Assembly: GCA_016794735.1 (NCBI GenBank)
Contig: JAEUJK010000195.1
Coordinates: forward strand, 1-30,400
Direction of reading: 5' to 3'
Length of the DNA stretch: 30,400 nucleotides
Source: Gemmatimonadota bacterium
GTDB taxonomy: Bacteria; Gemmatimonadota; Gemmatimonadetes; Gemmatimonadales; Gemmatimonadaceae
The notes beneath the pieces are model-generated. The model worked only from the letters and a program-made list of their open reading frames with translations. It was not told the origin of the DNA and made no database searches. The stretch's first letter is position 1; every line of letters begins with the position of its first letter. This document shows positions 8,608 to 17,928 of the stretch, one piece after another. A program made the position numbers and the translations under genes.

Positions 8608-9597
8608 CTAGAACCGGACGATCAACGACGCCCAGGTGTAGCCGGCGCCAAAGGCGACCAGCATCACCGTCGAGCCTTCCTTCACGCGTCCTGCAGCGAT
8701 CGCTTCCTCCAGCGCGAGCCCGATCGACGCCGATGAGGTGTTCCCGTAGCGGTCCACGTTCACGTAGACCTTGTCCATGGGAACCTCGGCATGACGCGCG
8801 GTCGCCTCGATGATCCGGATGTTGGCCTGGTGCGGAATCATCAGGTCGAGGTCCTGCCCGGTCAGGCCGGCGCGTGCGAGCGCGTGATCTGCCGCTTCGG
8901 ACATGGAACGCACCGCGTACTTGAACGTCTCGCGGCCTTCCATCTTCACGAAGTACGACCGGTCGTCGAGCACCTGCTGGCTGAACGGGTGCGCGGCGCC
9001 ACCCGCGGGACGATACAGCAGCTCCGCCAGGTTGCCGTCACTGCGCATGAAGGTGGAGAGGATTCCCTTCCCACCTTCGGATCGTTTGAGGACCGCGGCA
9101 CCCGCCCCGTCGCCGAACAACACGCAGGTCGAGCGGTCCTGCCAGTCCACGATGCTGGTGAGCTTCTCGCTGCCGACCACAAGGGCCGTCTCGGCGTTGC
9201 CGCTCGCCATGAGTCCCTCGGCCACGATGAGCCCGTAGAGCCACGAGGAACACGCCGCCATCACGTCGAACGCTGCAGCGCGCGAGGCCCCGATCTCGGC
9301 CTGCAGGTCAACCGCGGTGGACGGCAGGAGGCGATCCGGCGATGCGGTGCCCAGCACGATCAGGTCGAGGTCACCGGCGACCACACCGGCACGCTCCATC
9401 GCCATGCGTGCGGCGGCGGCCGACATGGTGCGGTTGGTCTCGTCCGGCTCGGCGATATGGCGTTCGCGAATGCCGGTGCGCTGGACGATCCATTCGTCGT
9501 TGGTATCGAGCCCGAGCGCGGCAAACTCCGCGTTGCGCATGATGCGCTTGGGCGCGTACGAGCCCACGCCCGCGAGGGCGGCGATGGGGCGCTTCAT
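8608..9597 (-). CDS. fabH: 3-oxoacyl-ACP synthase III
   Basis: RTGIRERH; catalytic C-H-N triad in AACSSW, PHQAN and YGNTSSAS; GAGYTW. Confidence 0.96.
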   Translation of the reverse strand: MKRPIAALAGVGSYAPKRIMRNAEFAALGLDTNDEWIVQRTGIRERHIAEPDETNRTMSAAAARMAMERAGVVAGDLDLIVLGTASPDRLLPSTAVDLQAEIGASRAAAFDVMAACSSWLYGLIVAEGLMASGNAETALVVGSEKLTSIVDWQDRSTCVLFGDGAGAAVLKRSEGGKGILSTFMRSDGNLAELLYRPAGGAAHPFSQQVLDDRSYFVKMEGRETFKYAVRSMSEAADHALARAGLTGQDLDLMIPHQANIRIIEATARHAEVPMDKVYVNVDRYGNTSSASIGLALEEAIAAGRVKEGSTVMLVAFGAGYTWASLIVRF

Positions 9598-10604
9598 GCG
9601 GCCTCCGTGAGGCGGCGTCCCATGTGTTCGCTCATGCGCGAGTCCACGGCACGCACCGCGAGCTTCACCGCGTTCTTGAGCGCCCGCGGACCCGACTTGC
9701 CGTGGCAGATGATGCTGACGCCCTTCACCCCGAGGAGCGGCGCACCGCCGTGCTCCGAGTAGTCGAGCTCCTTGAACGCGCCAGCGAGTTGTTCCCGGGA
9801 GAGCCCCGCGTGGCGGGCCACCAGGCCAAAGAGGAATGGGGCGACGGACTCGTAGAACTTGAGGACGACGTTCCCGACGAAGCCATCGCAGACCACGACG
9901 TCGAACGGTCCGCGATCGCTCGCGCCGTTCGGCAGGTCACGCCCTTCGACGTTCCCCTGGAAGTTGAGCCCGGATGCCACGAGCAGCTGGTGCGCGGCCT
10001 TCACGGCGGCGTTGCCCTTCTCCGCCTCCTCACCGATCGACAGCAGGGCGACGACCGGGTTCTCCCGGCCGAGCAGGTCTTCGGCATAGACGGCGCCGAG
10101 GCGCGCGAACTGGACCAGCTCCTCCGGGGAGCAGTCGACGTTGGCGCCGGAATCCAGGACCACCACCGGCTTGCGCGCGGTGGGAAAAAACGTGCTGATC
10201 GCGGGACGGGTCAGCCCTTCGTGCAGCCGGAGGACGAGCGACGAGACGGCCATCTGCGCGCCCGTGTTGCCGGCGGAGACGAACCCGTCCGAGCGCCCAT
10301 CGACCTGCATGCGCAGCCCGACGTGCATGGAACTGTTCGGCTTGCCGCGGAGCACGGCGGACGGCTTCTCCGCCATGTCGATGACGTCCGTTGCCGGGAC
10401 GATCTCGATCCGCTGGGCTGCCGCGGCGTGCTCGCGATACTCCCCGGACAGCGCGCCATCGAGCGCGCGCTGGATCGTGTCCGGCTGTCCGACGAGCTGC
10501 ACCCGGTGTTCCTGGGGCAACTCTGCGAGGGCGAGGAGGGCACCAGCCACCGGCGCACCGGGTGCATGGTCCCCTCCCATGGCGTCGAGCGCGATGCGCG
10601 CCAA
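9594..10604 (-). CDS. plsX: Phosphate acyltransferase
   Basis: TTG start; IALDAMGGDHAP, VSAGNTGA, LDSGANVDC, DVVVCDGFVGNVVLK and GGAPLLGVKG motifs. Confidence 0.96.
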   Translation of the reverse strand: MARIALDAMGGDHAPGAPVAGALLALAELPQEHRVQLVGQPDTIQRALDGALSGEYREHAAAAQRIEIVPATDVIDMAEKPSAVLRGKPNSSMHVGLRMQVDGRSDGFVSAGNTGAQMAVSSLVLRLHEGLTRPAISTFFPTARKPVVVLDSGANVDCSPEELVQFARLGAVYAEDLLGRENPVVALLSIGEEAEKGNAAVKAAHQLLVASGLNFQGNVEGRDLPNGASDRGPFDVVVCDGFVGNVVLKFYESVAPFLFGLVARHAGLSREQLAGAFKELDYSEHGGAPLLGVKGVSIICHGKSGPRALKNAVKLAVRAVDSRMSEHMGRRLTEAA

Positions 10605-10607
10605 GCG

Positions 10608-10790
10608 TCAGGCCTCGGCGGGAGCGACTCGCTGTTTGCCGGCGTAATAGCCGCACTCGCCGCAGACGCGATGCGGACGCTTGGGCGAGCCACACCGCGG
10701 GCACGACTGGATCACGACGGCGGCGGCCGTCTTGTGGGTGTTACGCGCGCGCTTCTTGCGCTTGGAGGTACGTCTTTTCGGGACAGCCAT
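10608..10790 (-). CDS. rpmF: 50S ribosomal protein L32 (zinc-binding type)
   Basis: MAVPKRRTSK...CPRCG...HRVCGECGYY. Confidence 0.97.
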   Translation of the reverse strand: MAVPKRRTSKRKKRARNTHKTAAAVVIQSCPRCGSPKRPHRVCGECGYYAGKQRVAPAEA

Positions 10791-10815
10791 GGTGGTGCCG
10801 GGAAAGGAAGTGGTC

Positions 10816-10823
10816 GCCTAACG
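10816..10823 (-). repeat. Iterated octamer CGTTAGGC, copy 3 (supplies the TAG stop of yceD)
   Basis: Plus strand reads gcctaacg at 10816-10823. Confidence 0.7.
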
Positions 10824-11327
10824 CGCGTCGCCGCCAACGGGCGACAAGGCGTGCCAGCGTGGATCAACTGCGGGGGTGCACCCGCAGGCGCCGAGGTTCT
10901 TGTTGGCGCCGCATGATGGACAGAGACCCAGGCAGGCGTCCGAGCACACCATGTAGGACGGGGCGGCCAGCAACCACTCTTCGCGGATGGCTGGCCGAAG
11001 GTCCAGTTCACGTTCGCGGGCGTCGATCAGGTAGACGTCCGCCTCGTCTGCTTCATCGGAGGAACCATCGACCAGCAACAGGTGCAGGTCGGCCTTCACC
11101 GGTTCTTCCACGGGCTCGAGGCAACGACGGCAGGATGCCGTGGCAACGCCCTCGAGATGTCCGCTGAAGTAGAAGCGTCCCGGCCCAGCCGCAGAGACAC
11201 GCCCCGTCACCCGGAGCGCCCCACGCGGGCGAGCATCACCTTCTTCCCAGATCGGATCGGACTCCGGGAGTTCGCCGTCGACCCGGGATGCCTGGGCCGC
11301 GAGGTCGCGAAGGTCAAAGGACAACAT
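10818..11327 (-). CDS. yceD: YceD/DUF177 family protein (large ribosomal subunit accumulation)
   Basis: CRRCLEP, ELDLRPAIREEWLLAAP and CSDACLGLCPSCGAN...DPRW motifs; conserved position directly upstream of rpmF. Confidence 0.88.
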   Translation of the reverse strand: MLSFDLRDLAAQASRVDGELPESDPIWEEGDARPRGALRVTGRVSAAGPGRFYFSGHLEGVATASCRRCLEPVEEPVKADLHLLLVDGSSDEADEADVYLIDARERELDLRPAIREEWLLAAPSYMVCSDACLGLCPSCGANKNLGACGCTPAVDPRWHALSPVGGDAR

Positions 11328-11354
11328 AGCCCAGCAATCTAGGCCGCTGGGCTA
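11327..11354. promoter_or_regulatory. 9-bp perfect inverted repeat TAGCCCAGC-N10-GCTGGGCTA flanking the putative -10 box; candidate operator
   Basis: Plus strand tagcccagc (11327-11335), aatctaggcc, gctgggcta (11346-11354). The function is inferred. Confidence 0.45.
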
Positions 11355-11364
11355 CGAGTTTCAA
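11336..11364 (-). promoter_or_regulatory. Putative sigma70-type promoter for the yceD-rpmF-plsX-fab run
   Basis: Minus strand TTGAAA (11364-11359), 17-nt spacer, TAGATT (11341-11336), then 8 nt to the yceD ATG, with no Shine-Dalgarno. Confidence 0.55.
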
Positions 11365-11404
11365 GTTACTGGCAATTACGGACTTACGGGCCGTCCGGGC
11401 CCGA

Positions 11405-11824
11405 TTACAGGGTTCCGGCTTCCGCGAAGAAGAAACGGGACTCCCGCGTGGCGTTTTCGTCCGAGTCGGAGGCGTGGATCGCGTTCCGCTCCTTCGACTC
11501 CGCGTACAGCTTGCGGACGGTCCCTTCGGCCGCCTCAGCCGGATCGGTCGAGCCGATGGCGCGGCGCAGCTCGGCCACGGCGTCGGCCTTCTCCAGGATC
11601 ATCGGCATGCACTTCCCCGAGGTCATGAAGGTCACCAGCGACCGGAAGAACGGGCGCTCACGGTGGACACCGTAGAACTCCTCGGCCTGGGCGGTCGAAA
11701 GGTGCATCACCCGCGCGGCCACGACGCGAAAGCCGCCGGCCTCGAGGTGGGCGATGATCTTCCCGGCCTTGCCGGCCCCGAAGGCGTCCGGCTTGATGAT
11801 CGTCAACGTCCGATTGCCTGCCAT
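11405..11824 (-). CDS. ndk: Nucleoside diphosphate kinase
   Basis: [31 protein letters not shown] and NAIHASDS (catalytic His) motifs. Confidence 0.97.
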   Translation of the reverse strand: MAGNRTLTIIKPDAFGAGKAGKIIAHLEAGGFRVVAARVMHLSTAQAEEFYGVHRERPFFRSLVTFMTSGKCMPMILEKADAVAELRRAIGSTDPAEAAEGTVRKLYAESKERNAIHASDSDENATRESRFFFAEAGTL

Positions 11825-11889
11825 ATCACGTCACCTGTACTGATGGTCGAAGAAGTGCCCGTGCACGCATGGGCGTTCACGGAAAGACA

Positions 11890-11917
11890 GGAAGCGCCCC
11901 GACGGCGGGGCGCTTCC
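11890..11917 (-). terminator. Probable intrinsic terminator after sucD
   Basis: 12-bp perfect stem GGAAGCGCCCCG-CCGT-CGGGGCGCTTCC, 9 nt after the TAG, followed by TGTCTTTCC (imperfect U-tract). Confidence 0.7.
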
Positions 11918-11926
11918 ACTGGGGTC

Positions 11927-12799
11927 CTAGCGCAAGCGCGCCCGGATCAACTCCACGAAATCGAGCGGGCGCTTGGCGACACCCATGCCGGCCGCCTCGA
12001 ACGCCGCCAGCTTTTCGGCGGCGGTGCCGGACGACCCCGAGATGATCGCGCCCGCGTGCCCCATGCGGCGACCCGGCGGTGCGGTCTGCCCGGCGATGAA
12101 GCCAACCACCGGCTTGGTCATCCTGGTGCGCACGAACTCCGCGGCCTCCTGCTCGTCGGTGCCGCCGATCTCGCCCATCATGCAGACCGCCTTCGTGGCG
12201 GGATCCGCTTCGAACGCCGCGAGGCAATCGATGAAGTTGGTCCCGTTGATCGGGTCGCCGCCGATCCCCACGCAGGTCGTCTGGCCGATGCCAGCGCGGG
12301 TGAGCTGGTAGACGACTTCGTAGGTCAGCGTACCGGAGCGCGAGACCACACCGACCGGTCCCGGCGTGCAGATGCGTCCCGGGATGATCCCGACCTTCGC
12401 GGCGCCCGGCGTGATGAGCCCCGGGCAGTTCGGCCCGATGAGCCGCACCCCGCGCTCCTTCACGAACGGGTGCACCCGCGTCATGTCGAGGACGGGGACA
12501 CCCTCGGTGATCGCGACGATGAGCTGCACACCGGCGTCTGCCGCTTCCATGATCGCGTCCGCGGCGAACATCGGCGGCACGTAGATCACGCTCGTGTTGG
12601 CCCCGGTGGCAGCGACGGCCGCCGCCACGGTATTGAAGATCGGGACGGTGCCCTCGAACATCTGGCCACCCTTCCCCGGCGTGACGCCACCCACGACCTG
12701 GGTGCCGTACTCCATCATCTGCTTGGCGTGGAACGAGCCATCGCGTCCCGTGATGCCCTGGACGATGAGGCGCGTCGACTTGTCGATGAAGATGCTCAC
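11927..12799 (-). CDS. sucD: Succinyl-CoA synthetase alpha subunit
   Basis: [34 protein letters not shown] and RRMGHAGAI (phospho-His) motifs. Confidence 0.97.
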   Translation of the reverse strand: MSIFIDKSTRLIVQGITGRDGSFHAKQMMEYGTQVVGGVTPGKGGQMFEGTVPIFNTVAAAVAATGANTSVIYVPPMFAADAIMEAADAGVQLIVAITEGVPVLDMTRVHPFVKERGVRLIGPNCPGLITPGAAKVGIIPGRICTPGPVGVVSRSGTLTYEVVYQLTRAGIGQTTCVGIGGDPINGTNFIDCLAAFEADPATKAVCMMGEIGGTDEQEAAEFVRTRMTKPVVGFIAGQTAPPGRRMGHAGAIISGSSGTAAEKLAAFEAAGMGVAKRPLDFVELIRARLR

Positions 12800-13941
12800 G
12801 CGGCCTTCCCTCCCGTCGCGAGGGCCACGGCCTTCTGCACGGCCTCGTCCATGTCGCTCGAGGCGGCAAAGCCGTTCTCCGACAGGATCTTCATCGCGAT
12901 CTCCTCGTTGGTGCCCGTCAGGCGGATCACAATCGGCACCTTGAGCGGGTTCTGGCGGGTCGCCGTCACGATGCCGTTCGCCACGTCATCGGTGCGCGTG
13001 ATGCCGCCAAAGATGTTGAACAGGATGCACTTCACGTTGGGATCCGAGGTGATGATGCGCAGCGCATTCACCACCTTTTCCGGGTTGGAGGATCCGCCGA
13101 TGTCCAGGAAGTTCGCGGGGTCGCCCCCGTAGTACTTCACGAGGTCCATCGTCGCCATCGCGAGGCCCGCGCCGTTGACGCAGCAGCCCACGTTGCCGTC
13201 CAGCTTGATGAACGTGAGGTTGGCGTTGCGTGCCGCCACCTCGGACGGTTCCTCGGCCGTCTCGTCGCGCAGCGCGGCAATGGCCGGGCGGCGATCCAGT
13301 TCGTTGTCGTCGATCCCCATCTTCGCGTCGAGCGCGACGACGTTCCCGGCCGTGTCCACGATGAGCGGGTTGATCTCGGCGAGCGAGCAGCCGCTCTGCA
13401 TGAACGCGGTGTACAGCTGGCCCATGATCTTCGAGGCCGCCCGCGCCTTGGCGAGGTCGTCGTACAGGAAGAAGCCGAGTCGCATCGCCTGGTACGGCTG
13501 CAACCCGTAGCGGGTGTCGATCGGCAGCTTGAGGATCTTCTCCGGCGTGGTGGCCGCGACTTCCTCGATGTCGATGCCGCCCGCGGGGCTCACCATGAAG
13601 ACCGGCTTCCGGGTGGCGCGATCGAGGATGATCCCGACGTAGGCTTCGCTCGCGATGTCCGAGGCGGCGGTGACGAGCACCTTCTGCACCACGAGACCCT
13701 TGATCTGCATCCCCAGGATGGCCGCGGCCTTCTCACGCGCCTCCTCGGGGGTCTTGGCCAACTTCACTCCGCCGGCCTTGCCGCGTCCGCCCGCATGGAC
13801 CTGGGCCTTCACCACCACCTGGCTGCCAATGCGACGCGCAATGGCCTCGGCTTCATCGGCGGTGGTGGCAACTTCACCGGCAGGGATCGGTACCCCAAGG
13901 GCGCGAAGGATCTCCTTCGCCTGGTATTCGTGGATATTCAC
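12796..13941 (-). CDS. sucC: Succinyl-CoA synthetase beta subunit
   Basis: GTG start with an upstream GGAG; [37 protein letters not shown] and ANFLDIGG motifs. Confidence 0.97.
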   Translation of the reverse strand: MNIHEYQAKEILRALGVPIPAGEVATTADEAEAIARRIGSQVVVKAQVHAGGRGKAGGVKLAKTPEEAREKAAAILGMQIKGLVVQKVLVTAASDIASEAYVGIILDRATRKPVFMVSPAGGIDIEEVAATTPEKILKLPIDTRYGLQPYQAMRLGFFLYDDLAKARAASKIMGQLYTAFMQSGCSLAEINPLIVDTAGNVVALDAKMGIDDNELDRRPAIAALRDETAEEPSEVAARNANLTFIKLDGNVGCCVNGAGLAMATMDLVKYYGGDPANFLDIGGSSNPEKVVNALRIITSDPNVKCILFNIFGGITRTDDVANGIVTATRQNPLKVPIVIRLTGTNEEIAMKILSENGFAASSDMDEAVQKAVALATGGKAA

Positions 13942-14019
13942 GCGTTCTCCGTGGAAAAGCGGGTTGGCCAGGCGCGGGCGGGACGTCCCGGACTCGCAGC
14001 CTCTGCATGCCAGCCGCGC

Positions 14020-14048
14020 AAGCTATCGGAGGCCCAGACCCCCATCAA
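14020..14048 (-). promoter_or_regulatory. Possible sigma70-type promoter for sucCD
   Basis: Minus strand TTGATG (14048-14043), 17-nt spacer, TAGCTT (14025-14020). A weak consensus match. Confidence 0.3.
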
Positions 14049-16510
14049 GGCGCGCGCTGGGTCCCCCGCAACAGCTGCCCGAGGAGGCTCCAGCTCTCCC
14101 CAAATGCCACCATGTCACGACGACTGAGAGCGTCGTCCATGCGTGCATACAACTCGGCCACCCGTCGCCGGAATTCCTCCGGACCCAGCGGCCCATCGTT
14201 CGTCGCGGCCTCCGGAAAGCCCAGTGCGGCCTCCAGGGTTCGCCCGGCCCGGGCTCCACCGGGGCTCGCGACCGCCACGCTCCGGATCAGGGGGGCGCGG
14301 TCAGGGAGCCATTGGTACAACACCTGGACCGGGATCAGGGCGCCGTCGTGAAGCCCGAGGTGCACCGGGCCGCGGACGAGACGCCCGTTTTCGCCCCGAG
14401 CGGACGCCGCGACCGAGTCGAGTGAACGACGCAGCGACTCGACGACCTCGCGCCACCGGAGGTCGCTCCCGCTGAGCGATACCCACGCCGTGCGCACATC
14501 CGCCCCACCCGATCCCATCACCACGCCGCGCAAGCGATCCGTGGGATCCACGACCGGATACGCGACGGCGAGGCGCTGCCGCGGGCCATCGAGGAATGGC
14601 GCGAGCCCGGGGAATGCAAAGCCGGAATCGGCCCCGGTGTCGCGCGCGAGCTGCGACGCGGGCACGAGGGCATCCCCACGGCGACCAAACCGGGAAAAGG
14701 CGCGCGCCTGCGTGAGGACCGCATCGACCGGCGGCGGGAGCTGGCGCAGCAGGTCGTCAGGGGCTGCGCTCGCCTGGACGAACAACCGCGGAAAGCGTCG
14801 GTACCAGCTGCGCGCCATCGGGTCCGCATCGGGGGGCCGGATGGCGAAGACCCTCCCCGTATGCGCGTTCACGATCGCGACGCCCGCGTGCTTGAAGTAG
14901 CTCACGTCGTCCGATTCGAGGACGATGGGCTCGGCGAGCGGGTAGTGACTGGACGCGCTGTACAGGTGCACCGCCCACCACAGCGAGTCGCGTGCGACCA
15001 CCGGCAGGACGCGATTGCCCAGCACGAAGAACGGGAAGATCCGCTCCACGCGGCTGCGCACGTCGCGGATGCGGACCAATCGTGCCGGGCCAAAGGTCGA
15101 ACGTGCCTTGAGCAGCCGAGGGTTCTGCAACCCCCAGGCGTGGATGATGCGCGACGTCGCGGTCTCGAGCGATGGCGCGGCGATCTCGTTCACGGAGTCG
15201 GAGACGACACTTCCCTCCGGCAGGCTGTCGCCGACGGCCACGGGCGGCAGGTGGCGCGTGCGCTCGAGGAAGTCCGTCTGGTGCGGCAGCTGGCCGTCGC
15301 TTCCGCTGCGCATCGCCGCGAGCGCCACGTCCGGTCGATCCGCGACGGGTCCAACCGGGCGTTGCACCACGACCGCAAACAGCGCGCGATCGCGCTGCAG
15401 CCACCCGACACTCGCCGTGGGTTGGCCGGGCACGCCCCACGACGCGGCGGAGCGCCGGATCGCTTCCACGTCCCACACACTCAGTGCCGGCGGCGTGGCG
15501 GGTCGCGTGGTCGCCTGGATCGAGTCGCGCACATCGAGGCGCTCGACGTCAAAGGCCCGGCGCGAGAAAGCCGCGCGGGTGGCGCGATACGGCCGGTCAC
15601 GCAGTTCCGCGTCACTGGGTTGCAGGTAGCGGGCGGCAAGGACCGGAGCGAGTTGGCGCATGCCGAGTGAAGCGACCGCCCAGAGGATGAGCGCGGCCGC
15701 AACGACGCGCAGCTGGCCGACCCACCCTGCCCACGCGACGAGCATGGCGCAGACCACGCTCCCCAGCGCGAGGACGAGTCGCCCGGGGATTCCCACGCGA
15801 TGGTCCAGGGCCAGGAAGGCGCGCCCGGTTCCCTCGCCGTCGAGGAGCAGGCCGATCGCGTCCAGGCGATACCGCCAACCCATCAGGAGCAGGAGAAGGC
15901 TCAGCAGGAGCAGCAGGTGCCGGCGCACATGTCCCGTGGCGCGCAGCCGGCCCTCGGACCAGCGCAGGCTCGGCGTCAGGGCATACAGCAGGATGACCAC
16001 GGCGCCGATCAGCAGCAGCGCCAGCGTCGCCCACGAGTGGAACGCTTCCTCGATCGGGAGCCAGTAGACCCAGAAGGCGAGGTCGTAGCCGAAGTATGGC
16101 TCACTCTCGCGGAACGCCTCCCCGTGTCGCACCAGGTCGAGCGAGATCCAGTCTCCCTGTGGCAGCGCGAGCACCGCGCCTAACGCCACGGAGATCACGA
16201 GCACGACCAGGACGAGGGAGCGTCCCGGCAACTCCTCCGCGAACTCGTGCCCGCCGATGCGCCGCGGCAGGATCACCGAGACGATCGAAAACCGGACGGC
16301 GTAGAGGTTCAGGAAGCAGAGCGTGGCCCCGCCGAGGAACGCCGCGCCGCGGAGCAGCAACAGGTTGGACGCCGCGGCCCAGAACACCGGGGCGGCGTCG
16401 AGCGACTCATACCATCGGTACTCGACGAGCCAACCGGCCAGCACACGGCCCACCAGCAGACATGCGGCGACCGAGAGCCCGACGATGACCCCGATCCGTC
16501 GTCTGGTCAC
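14045..16510 (-). CDS. UPF0182 family membrane protein (divergent)
   Basis: 821 aa, GTG start. Multi-TM N-terminal third with EYRWYESL, EPYFGYDLAFWVYWLP and TRAAF; soluble C-terminal region with YSASSHYPLAEP. This resembles the UPF0182 architecture; no HMM was run. Confidence 0.72.
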   Translation of the reverse strand: MTRRRIGVIVGLSVAACLLVGRVLAGWLVEYRWYESLDAAPVFWAAASNLLLLRGAAFLGGATLCFLNLYAVRFSIVSVILPRRIGGHEFAEELPGRSLVLVVLVISVALGAVLALPQGDWISLDLVRHGEAFRESEPYFGYDLAFWVYWLPIEEAFHSWATLALLLIGAVVILLYALTPSLRWSEGRLRATGHVRRHLLLLLSLLLLLMGWRYRLDAIGLLLDGEGTGRAFLALDHRVGIPGRLVLALGSVVCAMLVAWAGWVGQLRVVAAALILWAVASLGMRQLAPVLAARYLQPSDAELRDRPYRATRAAFSRRAFDVERLDVRDSIQATTRPATPPALSVWDVEAIRRSAASWGVPGQPTASVGWLQRDRALFAVVVQRPVGPVADRPDVALAAMRSGSDGQLPHQTDFLERTRHLPPVAVGDSLPEGSVVSDSVNEIAAPSLETATSRIIHAWGLQNPRLLKARSTFGPARLVRIRDVRSRVERIFPFFVLGNRVLPVVARDSLWWAVHLYSASSHYPLAEPIVLESDDVSYFKHAGVAIVNAHTGRVFAIRPPDADPMARSWYRRFPRLFVQASAAPDDLLRQLPPPVDAVLTQARAFSRFGRRGDALVPASQLARDTGADSGFAFPGLAPFLDGPRQRLAVAYPVVDPTDRLRGVVMGSGGADVRTAWVSLSGSDLRWREVVESLRRSLDSVAASARGENGRLVRGPVHLGLHDGALIPVQVLYQWLPDRAPLIRSVAVASPGGARAGRTLEAALGFPEAATNDGPLGPEEFRRRVAELYARMDDALSRRDMVAFGESWSLLGQLLRGTQRAP
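16178..16185 (-). repeat. Iterated octamer CGTTAGGC, copy 4 (inside the UPF0182-like gene, GCG TTA GGC)
   Basis: Plus strand reads gcctaacg at 16178-16185. Confidence 0.7.
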
Positions 16511-16511
16511 G

Positions 16512-17879
16512 TCAGGGGGTGACGCCCTGCGAACGGAGCCAGCCTTCCATCTCGTCGCGAATCGCCTGCAACCGCGGCGCCGTCAACGCCTCGTAGCGCG
16601 TCACGAGCACGGGCTGCGTGTTGGAGGCGCGAATGAGGCCCCAGCCGTCCCCGAACAGCACGCGCACGCCGTCCACGTCGATCACGTCGTAGCGGCTGCG
16701 GAAATGGGCGGCCGCGTCGGCCACCAGCGCGAACTTCCGCTCTTCCGGACAGTCCACGCGGATTTCCGGCGTGGAGACAAACTTCGGAACGTCGGCCAGG
16801 AGCGCATCCACCGGGCGCCCGGCGTCGGCGACGATCCGCAGGAGGCGCGCACCGCCATACAAAGCGTCGTCGTGCCCGTAGAAGCCCTCGCCGAAGAACA
16901 TGTGGCCCGACATCTCACCGGCAATCGGCGCCTTGGCTTCCTTCATCTTGTCCTTGATGAGGGAGTGCCCCGTCTTCCACATCACCGGGACGCCACCAGC
17001 CTCGGTGATCGCATGCGGCAACGCCTGCGAACACTTCACGTCGAAGATGATCGACTGCCCCTTCCCCGTGCGCGCCAGCACGTCGCGGGCGTAGAGGATG
17101 AGGATGTGGTCGCCCCACACGATCCCGCCGTGCCCGTCGACCACGCCAATCCGGTCGGCGTCGCCATCGAAGGCTATGCCGAGGTCCGCCTTCTGGCGTG
17201 CGACCTCGGCGATGATGTCGTGCAGGTTCTCCACCACCGTGGGATCCGGGTGATGGTTCGGGAAGGTGCCGTCGCTCTCGCAGAAGATGTACGTGCCATC
17301 CACGCCAAGGCGGGAATAGAGCTTCTCCGCAACGAGCGAGCCCGCGCCGTTGCCGGCGTCGAAGACCACCTTCAGCCGCCGCGACAGCGGCCCGATGCGC
17401 GCGACGACGTCGTCCACGTAGCGATCGATCACTTCCTCGTGACGCACGGTGCCCGCCCCGTGCAGGCGCGTTCCCGCGTGATGCAGGCGGAGCAGCTCCT
17501 GGATGCCATCGCCGTGCAGCGATTCCCGCCCGACGGAGATCTTGAAGCCGTTGTACTCCGGCGGGTTGTGCGAACCCGTGATCTGGATGCCGCCGTCGAC
17601 CCCCACGTGATGGAGGCTCCAGTACAGCAGCGGTGTGGGCACGACACCCACGTCGACGACGTCGACGCCGCTTTCGGTGAGCCCGCGCACCAGGGCGTCC
17701 CGCAGCATCGGGCCGCTGGGGCGATTGTCACGCCCGACCGCCACCGCGCCCTTCCGGCCCGTGTTGCGCAGGTGGACCGCATACGCGCGTCCGATGGCCT
17801 CGGCCGCTTCCGTCGTCAGGTCCTGGTCGACGATGCCGCGAATGTCGTACTGACGAAAGATGCCTGGGGCGACTGCCAT
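16512..17879 (-). CDS. Phosphomannomutase/phosphoglucomutase (AlgC-like alpha-D-phosphohexomutase)
   Basis: IFRQYDIRG, ITGSHNPPEYNGFK (phospho-Ser), FDGDADR (metal site) and GEMSGH (sugar loop) motifs. Confidence 0.94.
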   Translation of the reverse strand: MAVAPGIFRQYDIRGIVDQDLTTEAAEAIGRAYAVHLRNTGRKGAVAVGRDNRPSGPMLRDALVRGLTESGVDVVDVGVVPTPLLYWSLHHVGVDGGIQITGSHNPPEYNGFKISVGRESLHGDGIQELLRLHHAGTRLHGAGTVRHEEVIDRYVDDVVARIGPLSRRLKVVFDAGNGAGSLVAEKLYSRLGVDGTYIFCESDGTFPNHHPDPTVVENLHDIIAEVARQKADLGIAFDGDADRIGVVDGHGGIVWGDHILILYARDVLARTGKGQSIIFDVKCSQALPHAITEAGGVPVMWKTGHSLIKDKMKEAKAPIAGEMSGHMFFGEGFYGHDDALYGGARLLRIVADAGRPVDALLADVPKFVSTPEIRVDCPEERKFALVADAAAHFRSRYDVIDVDGVRVLFGDGWGLIRASNTQPVLVTRYEALTAPRLQAIRDEMEGWLRSQGVTP

Positions 17880-17898
17880 GGGATTCTCTGGAAACGAG

Positions 17899-17924
17899 CC
17901 GGGGCCGCACGGTGGCGGCCCCGG
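17899..17924 (-). terminator. Probable terminator hairpin after nuoN
   Basis: 10-bp perfect stem CCGGGGCCGC-CACCGT-GCGGCCCCGG, 4 nt after the TGA, followed by CTCGTTTCC. Confidence 0.6.
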
Positions 17925-17928
17925 AGGT

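Noticed and set aside
11387-11403. Hairpin CGGGCC-N5-GGCCCG after ndk as a terminator
   Set aside because: The stem is only 6 bp and has no U-tract.
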